Below the pieces are notes generated by a model that ran no database searches, was not told where the DNA came from, and was given only the letters and a program-made list of their open reading frames with translations. Both the position numbers and the translations under genes were made by a program. Positions 52,197-60,889 of a stretch of DNA of 64,000 nucleotides are shown here, piece by piece. Within the stretch, counting starts at the first letter, position 1, and every line of letters begins with the position of its first letter. Source of the stretch: an uncultured Bacilli bacterium (GTDB lineage Bacteria > Bacillota_I > Bacilli_A > RF39 > UBA660); assembly GCA_944329425.1 (NCBI GenBank), contig CALVIG010000001.1, positions 34,015-98,014 of the forward strand, given 5' to 3'.

Positions 52197-52928
52197 TTAA
52201 TATCCTCTTTTCTTCATTTCATTTTCTACAAATTTTATATGTTCTGGCAAATCAACACCAATCGTCTTATAATTAGTATGTAAAAATTTTATTTTATATC
52301 CTTTTTCAAGCATTCTTATCATTTCTATGCCACTTTCTAATTTTTCCAATTCGCTTTTTTTTATGTTTAAAAATTGTTTAAGAACATCATAACGATAACC
52401 ATATAAACCAAGAACTCTATATGAATATCCATACTTAAAATCATGTGGTATAGGTGACCTAGAAAAATACATAGCGAAATTATCCGAGTCTAAAACAACT
52501 TTTACGTTATTTCTATTTTCATGCTCTTCTTTATTCTCTATTTTAGATACCAAACCTACATAACTTATACTATCATTTTCCAAAAGTTCATCTATGATTT
52601 GATTTATGGATTCAGGGTCTATCAATGGCTCGTCTCCTTGTATGTTTAAATATATATCTCCATCCAATTTTTGTGATTCTAAAGCCAATTTCTCTGCTGC
52701 AGTAGTTGCTTTAATATGATCAAGCCTGCATGGTATATTATATTTAACACATACATCATATATTTCATCATCAGGTGTTACTACATATAATTCATCTATT
52801 CTATCAACCTTGCTAGCCTGTTTATATACCCAATAAATCATTGGTTTTTCATTGATTAAAGCTATGGGTTTACCTGGAAATCTTGAACTTCCCATTCTTG
52901 CGGGAATTAATCCAATTATCTTTTTCAT
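52197..52928 (-). CDS. KdsB-like cytidylyltransferase (CMP-3-deoxy-2-ulosonate synthetase family)
   Basis: GLIPARMGSSRFPGKP, NIQGDEPLI, NVKVVLD...AMYFSRSPIP and LGLYGYR all parallel KdsB. Confidence 0.8.
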   Translation of the reverse strand: MKKIIGLIPARMGSSRFPGKPIALINEKPMIYWVYKQASKVDRIDELYVVTPDDEIYDVCVKYNIPCRLDHIKATTAAEKLALESQKLDGDIYLNIQGDEPLIDPESINQIIDELLENDSISYVGLVSKIENKEEHENRNNVKVVLDSDNFAMYFSRSPIPHDFKYGYSYRVLGLYGYRYDVLKQFLNIKKSELEKLESGIEMIRMLEKGYKIKFLHTNYKTIGVDLPEHIKFVENEMKKRGY

Positions 52929-52935
52929 AATACGA

Positions 52936-53958
52936 CTATCTGCTCCTTATTTTTTTTATTAATTTTTTAACTTCTTCATTCTGCTTTTCATTATCAGTAA
53001 TATGCATTATTATGTCATAGTAATAATCTGTGATTAAATCACAATAATCACTTCTTATTTGTTTTTTTAATCTCATAGTTTTTTTAGACTGTGGAAATCC
53101 ACTTAATGGCTTTAAACGAAAGTCTGGATTATCAAATGAAATTTCCATAACTCTAATATTATAATCAGGTGAATTATAATTATCTTTTCTCAAAGATTGC
53201 ATCATGTGATCATATTTTAAATCTAATTTATACTTTTGTATATCATCAGTACTATAAACATCATATATAAACTCTTTTATATTTTTACTAGGTATAGTTA
53301 TATTTTCCGAAGATAAAATATCTATACCGCTTTCTACTTTTGTAATTGATTTTTCTATTTCATCATAGTAATTTCTTGCTGGTGGCCAAAGTAAGCAATA
53401 ATATGGTTTTTTACTTTTAACAAATAATTCATTAAGCTTTTCTTTTATTATGTTAATCTCATTCTCAGTAAAACCATTTTCTATAAACCATGCAAAACCA
53501 TATTTTCTTCTAGAAACATAAGTGTTATATATTCTAACTGGAATTTCTTTCATATCGTGATATAAAGCTAAAGCCAATCTATGAGAGCCATCATGTAAGT
53601 CATAATTCAAATCTGTTTCAAGATGTGAAGAATCATCAAATCCTTTTTCAAATGATTTTATCAATGTCAAAAATCTTTCATCCCAGTTTTCATTTATTCT
53701 TAGTTGTTGCATCTTTCTATAAATATTAAAACCATAATTATTTAATCCATAATATTCATCTATCGCCAAACATTTAACTGCAATGTCAACAGCATTAAAT
53801 TCAGTATTGTCATATTGGGATAAAAATAAATCAGTAGCAGTCAAGTTCAAATCTACAAAATTTTTATCTTTAAATTTTGGAAATTCGGTAGCAGTCCCAT
53901 TTTGATCTATATATTTGTTCAAATACATTCTATAACCTCCCATCCATGTATTTTTCAT
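52936..53958 (-). CDS. hypothetical protein with DGSHR (ParB/Srx-like?) motif
   Basis: 340 aa. LHDGSHRLALAL resembles the DGxxR motif of the ParB/sulfiredoxin fold. It overlaps the upstream gene by 29 nt. Confidence 0.3.
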   Translation of the reverse strand: MKNTWMGGYRMYLNKYIDQNGTATEFPKFKDKNFVDLNLTATDLFLSQYDNTEFNAVDIAVKCLAIDEYYGLNNYGFNIYRKMQQLRINENWDERFLTLIKSFEKGFDDSSHLETDLNYDLHDGSHRLALALYHDMKEIPVRIYNTYVSRRKYGFAWFIENGFTENEINIIKEKLNELFVKSKKPYYCLLWPPARNYYDEIEKSITKVESGIDILSSENITIPSKNIKEFIYDVYSTDDIQKYKLDLKYDHMMQSLRKDNYNSPDYNIRVMEISFDNPDFRLKPLSGFPQSKKTMRLKKQIRSDYCDLITDYYYDIIMHITDNEKQNEEVKKLIKKIRSR

Positions 53959-55717
53959 AATATTCTTTTATGATTTTTTCATTGAATCTACCTTTGTTTT
54001 CTTCGGGTATTGAATTTAATATTTTTTCCATTTGTAAATATGATAAATTTTTATCTAATAAATATTCTGCATACGTTCTATGCATTCTTCTAAATGCAGT
54101 CATACTATATGCAAAATCCTCTTCCCAATTCAAATGCTTTTTTAAACGTAAAATCTCATTTTCCATTATAGAATAAATATTTTCCAATTTATATTTTCTT
54201 TTATTGGTTAAATCATTTATATAATGTGTCATAACCTCAGTTTTTAAGTTACCTGGTGACCTACCTATACCGCTTACTGAGGTATCAATAATAATGTCCT
54301 GTTTAAAAGTATTATTTTCTATTAAAAGTTGAGCAGAAGAGAATGGTTGACTTAAATTATTATGTAGATGAATCCCTATCTTTATATTTTCATTTAATAA
54401 ATGATTCAATAAACTAAGTTTGTTTTTGAAATCTTTATTTAAAAACATACCAAAAGTATCGACAATAGAAAAAACATCCGGATTAATTTCATTTACTTGT
54501 CTTATCAAGTCAACAACACGTTCGTTACTATAACTAGAAAAATTAATAGGATTAACTGAACATATATAACCAAGTTCTTTTACTTTTTTACAATATTCTA
54601 TACCATCGGATATTAAATTGTCATGAAATGAAACTCTAATCATTTTCACCTTACCACTACATTTTTCTAAATTATTAATATTAAATTTATCAACTTGAGT
54701 AAGTAAAGAAAAAATAGAATTACACGAATTATACTTTGATAACAACTTTTCGGCTGATGAAACATTTGGAAACTTTGCCACATCTGAATCATAAACGCAA
54801 TCTTCTAAAAAACCGACCTCTATTATATCGATATTAGCTTTTATTAGTTTATATATAAAATTCTCAATCGTTTTTTTACCAAACATCGATTTATTAAGAT
54901 GACCCCCATCTCTTAAAGAACAATCTAAGATTTTAATATTTTCATAGTTAACTTGACTATGTATCAAATTAAAATAATTGCAAAGAAATTTAGCGACTCC
55001 ATCATCGTTGTTTGAAAATGTACTAAATTTTATATTATCATTTATTTCTTTCGATGAGTTTTCCATTCTAATGCCGATATCTGAATTTTTCAAACTTTCT
55101 AAATCTGACAAATCATCACCAAATACCATAGTTTTGTACTTTTTCTTTTGTTTTTCCAGTATTTTTAAAATTCCATTCCATTTATTAGTTTCTTTTGGCA
55201 AAATTCTTATCAGATGATTTTTATTATCATAGCTAACATCAGCTAAATCTATAATTTTATTTTTAATAATATCATAGTCTTTTTTAGAACCTCTAACCAA
55301 AAACTTATAATTATCATAACTTTCTATTGCTTTAGATATGGTTAAAGTTGTATCTTCAATAATATCAATATCACTATTATTAGTACAAAATGATGAGTAC
55401 AAATTTTCACTTATAATATCATAATTATTCTGTTTTAAGATTCTTATTATTTCTTTTGAAGTTTTCTTTGGAAAACTATTATGGTAAATTACGTTATACT
55501 TTTGGTCACAAATAAAATTTCCATTAAATGCTGATATGTAATCCGCATCAATATAATTAGCATATTCAATTGTCCTTTTGTAACTTCTTGAAGTACTTAT
55601 AATAATTTTATTGTTACACATTTTACAATCAGCTAAAATTCGTTTAGTATAACTTGATATTTTTCCTTTATTATTCAAAAGTGTCCCATCTAAATCTACA
55701 ATTATAAAATAGTTCAT
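53930..55717 (-). CDS. fusion protein: Cof-type HAD phosphatase (N) + HMGL-like pyruvate-utilising aldolase/synthase TIM barrel (C)
   Basis: IIVDLDGTLL and VFGDDLSDLESL HAD motifs, then KILDCSLRDGGHLN...IDIIEVGF, the HMGL-like N-terminal signature. Confidence 0.7.
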   Translation of the reverse strand: MNYFIIVDLDGTLLNNKGKISSYTKRILADCKMCNNKIIISTSRSYKRTIEYANYIDADYISAFNGNFICDQKYNVIYHNSFPKKTSKEIIRILKQNNYDIISENLYSSFCTNNSDIDIIEDTTLTISKAIESYDNYKFLVRGSKKDYDIIKNKIIDLADVSYDNKNHLIRILPKETNKWNGILKILEKQKKKYKTMVFGDDLSDLESLKNSDIGIRMENSSKEINDNIKFSTFSNNDDGVAKFLCNYFNLIHSQVNYENIKILDCSLRDGGHLNKSMFGKKTIENFIYKLIKANIDIIEVGFLEDCVYDSDVAKFPNVSSAEKLLSKYNSCNSIFSLLTQVDKFNINNLEKCSGKVKMIRVSFHDNLISDGIEYCKKVKELGYICSVNPINFSSYSNERVVDLIRQVNEINPDVFSIVDTFGMFLNKDFKNKLSLLNHLLNENIKIGIHLHNNLSQPFSSAQLLIENNTFKQDIIIDTSVSGIGRSPGNLKTEVMTHYINDLTNKRKYKLENIYSIMENEILRLKKHLNWEEDFAYSMTAFRRMHRTYAEYLLDKNLSYLQMEKILNSIPEENKGRFNEKIIKEYYEKYMDGRL

Positions 55718-55745
55718 AATTCACCCCACAAAATATATTTTTATA

Positions 55746-55812
55746 TAAAAAAAGGTGGCAAACACTTAAGTGTTTGCCACCATGAAAATACTGCCACCAT
55801 TTGGGCAAACAC
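55746..55812 (-). promoter_or_regulatory. transcription attenuator (terminator/antiterminator) in leader of cargo operon
   Basis: Terminator ggtggcaaacac-ttaa-gtgtttgccacc+T8 (55754-55781). An upstream gtgtttgccc (55803-55812) can pair with the terminator 5' arm. Confidence 0.55.
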
Positions 55813-55839
55813 AACACCCAAATTGATTTAATTGCTTTT

Positions 55840-55869
55840 AAAATACAGTATTTACCAAATATTGTCAAT
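55840..55869 (-). promoter_or_regulatory. sigma-A-like promoter (TTGACA-N17-TATTTT with TG)
   Basis: ttgacaatatttggtaaatactgtatttt, upstream of the attenuator. Confidence 0.4.
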
Positions 55870-55934
55870 ACTTTTATATAAAAATTATTAAATATTCTTT
55901 AAAAAGTAATTTTTTCATTATTTTTATATCAGTT

Positions 55935-57773
55935 TTATAACAGTTTAGCTATTACTCTTTCTATTTCATCTGTTATATCTTCTTTTAGCACAATATCACT
56001 AAAACCATCATCTAAATAGTATTTTTTAAAATGTTCTTTATCTTTTTCTAACATTGCAACAACTGGTACTTTAAACTTCTTATTCTCCTTTAATTTCTCT
56101 AATGTTGCTAAGGCTGATGTTCCTTTTAACTCATCATCAATTATTATTAAATTATAAAACTCTCCTGCTTTTAATCTATCTATGCAATCTTTACCAGACA
56201 TTGTTGTATTAATATCAATATTATATTTTCCTAAAATATTAGAAATCGTAAATAACTCTTCTTTATTATCATCAACCACCAAAACTCTTTTTCTTCCATA
56301 AACATCTGATGAATATTTTTCAATATCTTTCATTATATCAGTTAGCTCTTCTATTTTACATTTTTGATCTATAACTATTGTAAATGTTGTTCCTTTATCT
56401 TCTTCACTTTTTATGTTGAAACTTCCACCTAATAACTTAATAATTTTTATTGAAACTTTTAAGTCAACGTCTAGTTTATCAAGCTTACTAGTATCACTTT
56501 CATTTAATTCGGATTTATCATCCAATATGTCATTGATTTTTTCTATGTCCATTCCAATACCAGTATCTTCTATGTTTATAATGATTCTTGCAACATCATA
56601 TCTTACTATGGCATCAATATATATCCTTATATATCCTTTTTTTGTATTTTCTATGCAATTCAAAATAACTGACATAAGTACCTGTTTAAACTTAACATTA
56701 TCACCATTAAGACTATTTGGAACATTACTACTTACTTTAAAATCTAATGCAATGTTTTTATCTTTAATCGCATTTTGGATAAGGCCTTTTATCTCATTAA
56801 AGAAAACAGATGTATTATAATAATCTTCGTTTACCTTTATTTTATTAGCATCCATTGATGATATATCTAATATATTATTTAATCTAAATAATATACCATT
56901 TGCATTATCACCTATAATTCTGACCGCATCTTTCTTATCAATATCATTATCTAACTTATCAAAAGCTTTTGTAATTCCGATTATATTTTTAGTTGGTGCT
57001 TTTATTTCTTGAGATGTTTCAAATAAAAATCTAGATTTATCTTCTATTTGATCTTCTAGTAACTCTCTATTCCTTAAAAGTTCATTTACCATTTTAAGAT
57101 CAGGGTTTTCTATCGTAAAATACATAAGTACCGTAACAAAAGCAAAAGCAGAATTAATTACTGTTATACCAGGATTAATTTGCCTTATTACAAAAACAAA
57201 TATCATCATTAAAATTAACATAAAAAGTGGATAATACTTTTTATCTGTTATATGTTTTATATTTGAACAAACACTAAAAATATCAATTATTATAAATAAT
57301 CCACCCATTAAAAGTAAAACGTTAGTAGCCATACCATATGAATAAATGTAATTACCATCGTTAAAATAATAAAGTGGTAATTTAATAACAATTATAGCCA
57401 TTATTACATAAATAATTGTTAGCACACCAATTATACTTTTCCTAGTTTTCTTTAAGCGTTCTTTAAATTTTTCTCTACTTTCAAACGAAATAAAAAACAT
57501 ATATTCAGTAAATAAAAATTCCCATAATAATAAATAAACTAAAAATGCTCTATTAATTATTTCATTTAAAATTCTATAAGTACTAGATACATCTTTATGA
57601 GCTACAAAGAAAAAACACAAAAGTTCTAAAACCAAACCTATCATTGTTATAATAACAAGTCTACTATATAATTTATTTTCTGTATTTTTAAGTTTGCTTT
57701 TCGAAAAATAAACAGTTCCTACAAGTAAACAAAAAAGTAGCATACAACAAATAACTGTTATTCCTATTACCAT
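55935..57773 (-). CDS. hybrid sensor histidine kinase/response regulator with degenerate H-box (His replaced by Gln)
   Basis: Multi-TM N-terminal sensor. The DHp helix FLFETSQEIKAPTKNIIG aligns to FLANMSHELRTPLNAIIG, followed by HATPase G-boxes (DTGIGM, GGSFNIKSEEDKGTTF) and a C-terminal REC domain (VLVVDDN...IIIDDEL). Confidence 0.8.
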   Translation of the reverse strand: MVIGITVICCMLLFCLLVGTVYFSKSKLKNTENKLYSRLVIITMIGLVLELLCFFFVAHKDVSSTYRILNEIINRAFLVYLLLWEFLFTEYMFFISFESREKFKERLKKTRKSIIGVLTIIYVIMAIIVIKLPLYYFNDGNYIYSYGMATNVLLLMGGLFIIIDIFSVCSNIKHITDKKYYPLFMLILMMIFVFVIRQINPGITVINSAFAFVTVLMYFTIENPDLKMVNELLRNRELLEDQIEDKSRFLFETSQEIKAPTKNIIGITKAFDKLDNDIDKKDAVRIIGDNANGILFRLNNILDISSMDANKIKVNEDYYNTSVFFNEIKGLIQNAIKDKNIALDFKVSSNVPNSLNGDNVKFKQVLMSVILNCIENTKKGYIRIYIDAIVRYDVARIIINIEDTGIGMDIEKINDILDDKSELNESDTSKLDKLDVDLKVSIKIIKLLGGSFNIKSEEDKGTTFTIVIDQKCKIEELTDIMKDIEKYSSDVYGRKRVLVVDDNKEELFTISNILGKYNIDINTTMSGKDCIDRLKAGEFYNLIIIDDELKGTSALATLEKLKENKKFKVPVVAMLEKDKEHFKKYYLDDGFSDIVLKEDITDEIERVIAKLL

Positions 57774-57845
57774 CTAATCACTCCTAATAAAATATTTACT
57801 ACTTTTACTACCATACTACTTTTTTATTATAACACTTTATAAAAT

Positions 57846-57875
57846 AAAAAAGATAGAAAATACCTATCTTTTGTA
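57846..57875 (-). terminator. intrinsic terminator after acyl-CoA synthetase gene
   Basis: aagatagaaaatacctatctt plus a T-run on the minus strand. Confidence 0.45.
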
Positions 57876-57883
57876 GTTTTTTG

Positions 57884-59782
57884 TTATTTTTTTATTAGTT
57901 TTTTAGTATTTTGTTTTTGTTCATCCTGTTTTTCCAACGCAAGATAATCAATTTTTCCAATAGGAGTCAAAGGCAAACTATCATTAAATTCTACCTCACT
58001 AGGCTGATAATATTCAGGAAGTTCTTTTTGGCACATTGCAAATATTTCTTCTTCTATCTTATTTGTATCATAAGCATTATCTTTTAATACAACATGTACT
58101 TTTGGTACTTTACCTTGCGAAAACTCTAAGTCTCTTATACCAACTACCTTGCATGCCAAAACCATTGGATGCTTAATTACAATATCTTCTATTAAACTCG
58201 GAAATACCTTAAAACCATCTGCTCTTATTATCATTCTTTTTAGTCTATCGACAATAAACAAGTTACCATCGGCATCCATGTAACCAACATCACCAGAATG
58301 CACCCAAGTCAAACCATCTTCGTGTTTTATTAATATTTTATTAGTTTCTTCTTCATTTTTAAAGTAACCAAGCATAGTATTAGGGCCAGTTATACAAACT
58401 TCACCTTTCTCATCATATCCTAACTCTTCACCGGTTTTTGGATCAAAAATGGATATTACCGTGTTAGGAAATGGTATTCCAACACTACCAAGCTTATTAT
58501 TTTCATTAGATGTACAAGCCGATACCGCAGCATTAACTTCCGTCATTCCATAACCTTTTACAACTTTATAATTACAGTTATGTTCTTTTAAGAACTTATT
58601 AGTATCTTCTTCTAACCCCTCATCCATCTTATCTCCTCCAACTGTTGGAGCAATTATATAAGATAAATCTTCGTTTGCTAGCTTTTTACTATGAATTATA
58701 TTTCCATAATGAGATGGAACACCTACCATATGATTTGGTCTATTTTCTATTAATAATTCATCAAATTTTTTAGGATCAAATTGTGGTATTAATATAACTT
58801 CCATACCACAAGCTAATGGTAAATGTAATCCATTACCGATTCCATACGCTATAAATGGTGGCATTATATTTAACCAATTATGTTCTCTTTTGAAATCATA
58901 TCCTGCATTTTCACACTGAAATGAAGCAGCATTAACACTAAAGTTGGATAAAACAACTCCTTTGGATGGACCTGTTGTACCACCAGTATGAACTATTAAT
59001 AATGGTTTATCTTTTTCATACTTCGGATATGGCTCATAATCCTTTGTTTTACCTGCTTTAAAAAACTTAGGCCATGAAATACATTCACCACTTTTTGCAA
59101 ATTTACTTTCATTTTTTTTCATGTCTTTAAAGTAGTCTAATATTATATCTTTCTTTTTTGGCTCTTTTGTACCTTTATTATTAGCTTCTTCTTTTTTATC
59201 TTCATACATGCTATTTATATCTTTAGAAGCTTTTTTAAGCATTATTCCTAAAGGTAAAGAATCAGTTGGTGATACTGTAACAATTTTTTCTACTGTTGTT
59301 TTTTTCTTAACATCTTTTGCTTTATCAGCTGCAACATCAATTATTATAAGCATTTTTGATTCTGCTTCATTAATATAACTTTCTATTCCATCTTTGCTAG
59401 TTCTAGGGTCGACCATGTTAGCTACTGCACCTATTTTACTCAAAGCATAGTAAACATATATAGTTTCAGGAACAGTCGGCATAGAAACCGTTACTATGTC
59501 ACCTTCTTTTACTCCATAAGCTCTAAAGGCTCTTGCGGTTTGGTCTATGTTGTTAATCATTTCACCATAAGTGATTTTCCTACCAAAATAATTTAAAGCC
59601 ACTCTATTAGGATAATTCTTATTATTATCTACTATGTATTCATATATGGTCTTTTCAGGTAGTTTTTTATTTAGTACTTCTTTGTCGTAATATTTAAGCC
59701 ATGGTTTATCAATCGATGGCTTACCAGTTAATTTTTCCATAATTTCCCCCATTGTATAATTATATTTACTGCATTTATAATA
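57884..59782 (-). CDS. AMP-dependent synthetase/ligase (long-chain acyl-CoA synthetase-like); start moved to MEKLTGKP (the ORF-track 5' extension is probably spurious)
   Basis: AMP-binding motif LIVHTGGTTGPSKGV, and YGMTE and GDVGYMDADGNLFIVDRLK motifs. A GGGGGA SD precedes the internal ATG, and a terminator hairpin lies inside the annotated 5' extension. Confidence 0.8.
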   Translation of the reverse strand, partial: YYKCSKYNYTMGEIMEKLTGKPSIDKPWLKYYDKEVLNKKLPEKTIYEYIVDNNKNYPNRVALNYFGRKITYGEMINNIDQTARAFRAYGVKEGDIVTVSMPTVPETIYVYYALSKIGAVANMVDPRTSKDGIESYINEAESKMLIIIDVAADKAKDVKKKTTVEKIVTVSPTDSLPLGIMLKKASKDINSMYEDKKEEANNKGTKEPKKKDIILDYFKDMKKNESKFAKSGECISWPKFFKAGKTKDYEPYPKYEKDKPLLIVHTGGTTGPSKGVVLSNFSVNAASFQCENAGYDFKREHNWLNIMPPFIAYGIGNGLHLPLACGMEVILIPQFDPKKFDELLIENRPNHMVGVPSHYGNIIHSKKLANEDLSYIIAPTVGGDKMDEGLEEDTNKFLKEHNCNYKVVKGYGMTEVNAAVSACTSNENNKLGSVGIPFPNTVISIFDPKTGEELGYDEKGEVCITGPNTMLGYFKNEEETNKILIKHEDGLTWVHSGDVGYMDADGNLFIVDRLKRMIIRADGFKVFPSLIEDIVIKHPMVLACKVVGIRDLEFSQGKVPKVHVVLKDNAYDTNKIEEEIFAMCQKELPEYYQPSEVEFNDSLPLTPIGKIDYLALEKQDEQKQNTKKLIKK

Positions 59783-59974
59783 TAACATCTTTAATAAATA
59801 ATTGCAATTATATAAAAAAGAAACTAATAAAATAGTTTCCTTAGTTTCTTCTTGAACGGAAGTACACATGTGTAATATTTCTTATTGCTAAGTATAATAT
59901 AACATATTTTTCAAAGATTAGCAATAAAATAACATATAATTTTTATATACATTACTATCTTATAAACAGCTATT

Positions 59975-60679
59975 TTATACACCAAAATGAAAATCAACGC
60001 TTAAATTATAATGATATTTTTTATTTTTATAATATTTCTTTTTTCTAGCAAAGATATAACCGACTCTATGTTTATGATTAACATTGTGAAACGGATGAGC
60101 ATTATGAATTGTAAGCTCATCTCTTTCATGATTATCAATAATTTCCCAGGATGAACCAAATATTTTAGATATGAAAGATTTTCTAAAATACTGATTTTTA
60201 GGATAATTAATATAATCATTTTCATTTACTGCGATATGATACATAATATATACAAATCCATCTTCTTTAACTGATGACATTATTTTTTTTATTTTACTTC
60301 TCAAATCAATGTTTTTATTTCTATCTAAATGAAGTGACCTATATACATAAACAAAATCATATTTTTTATTATTATTGCTTGTATAAAAATTAGTCTCATT
60401 AACTTTTACATATTTACTTAAATTAAAAGTATTTATTTTATCTAATAATCCAATAACTTTATAATTTTCTACTGTTCCACCATATAAAAACTTTTTATTT
60501 TCTTCATAACAATCTAAATAAATATGTTTTCTAGCAAAGGGTAAAACATGAATTCCATCTAATGCATCAATAACTAAAACATTAATATCTCTATTATAAT
60601 ACTTTTTTAAAAAATCTATATAACAATAGCACGTTCTTTGAGCTTCTCCAAAAACGCTTCCATAACCTTTTTTCCCCAT
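59975..60679 (-). CDS. hypothetical protein (possible Rossmann-fold methyltransferase-like)
   Basis: The ORF has only a weak VLVIDALDG motif. Confidence 0.3.
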   Translation of the reverse strand: MGKKGYGSVFGEAQRTCYCYIDFLKKYYNRDINVLVIDALDGIHVLPFARKHIYLDCYEENKKFLYGGTVENYKVIGLLDKINTFNLSKYVKVNETNFYTSNNNKKYDFVYVYRSLHLDRNKNIDLRSKIKKIMSSVKEDGFVYIMYHIAVNENDYINYPKNQYFRKSFISKIFGSSWEIIDNHERDELTIHNAHPFHNVNHKHRVGYIFARKKKYYKNKKYHYNLSVDFHFGV

Positions 60680-60889
60680 ACATTACCTCCATTAAAATAG
60701 ATACAATGAACCCTTATTTTAAATGTTGTAATGTTAATGTAACCTCGAATTTCTTATTTAAAAATAAAGAACTTTTTCTTAATAAAATTATATTTAAACT
60801 CTTTTTGAAAGCTAGGGGTTACAACACATATTATTTTTTCCTTTTATTTTAAGGCATTTTTTAACAGTTGTAAAAAGTTTATAATTAAA

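Larger units (their letters stand above)
49224..60889. mobile_element. ~11.7-kb intervening (skin-like) element splitting the SEDS gene, carrying a large serine recombinase
   Basis: Bounded by the two halves of one SEDS ORF. GTWAC-N4-GTWAC cores at both junctions, with the recombinase gene at one end. Confidence 0.65.

Noticed and set aside
55671-55868. 65-aa minus-strand ORF in the HK/cargo-operon intergenic region
   Set aside because: It overlaps the promoter and the terminator/antiterminator leader. Its reading frame runs through the hairpins, so regulatory RNA is the better explanation.
59783-59869. 29-codon N-terminal extension of the acyl-CoA synthetase ORF (MCTSVQEE...)
   Set aside because: An intrinsic terminator hairpin (59818-59847) lies inside the extension, and a good SD precedes the internal ATG (MEKLTGKP...), where AMP-ligase homology begins.
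60001-60225. 74-aa minus-strand ORF nested in frame inside the 59975-60679 gene
   Set aside because: It is an in-frame internal start of the larger ORF and not an independent gene.
60812-60889. Unusual 25-aa C-terminal tail of the called ftsW ORF (FNYKLFTTVKKCLKIKGKNNMCCNP), first considered a frameshift or sequencing error
   Set aside because: No alternative frame downstream encodes the SEDS C-terminus. The real C-terminus was found 11.7 kb away at 49116-49223, so the tail is read-through into element DNA, not a frameshift.
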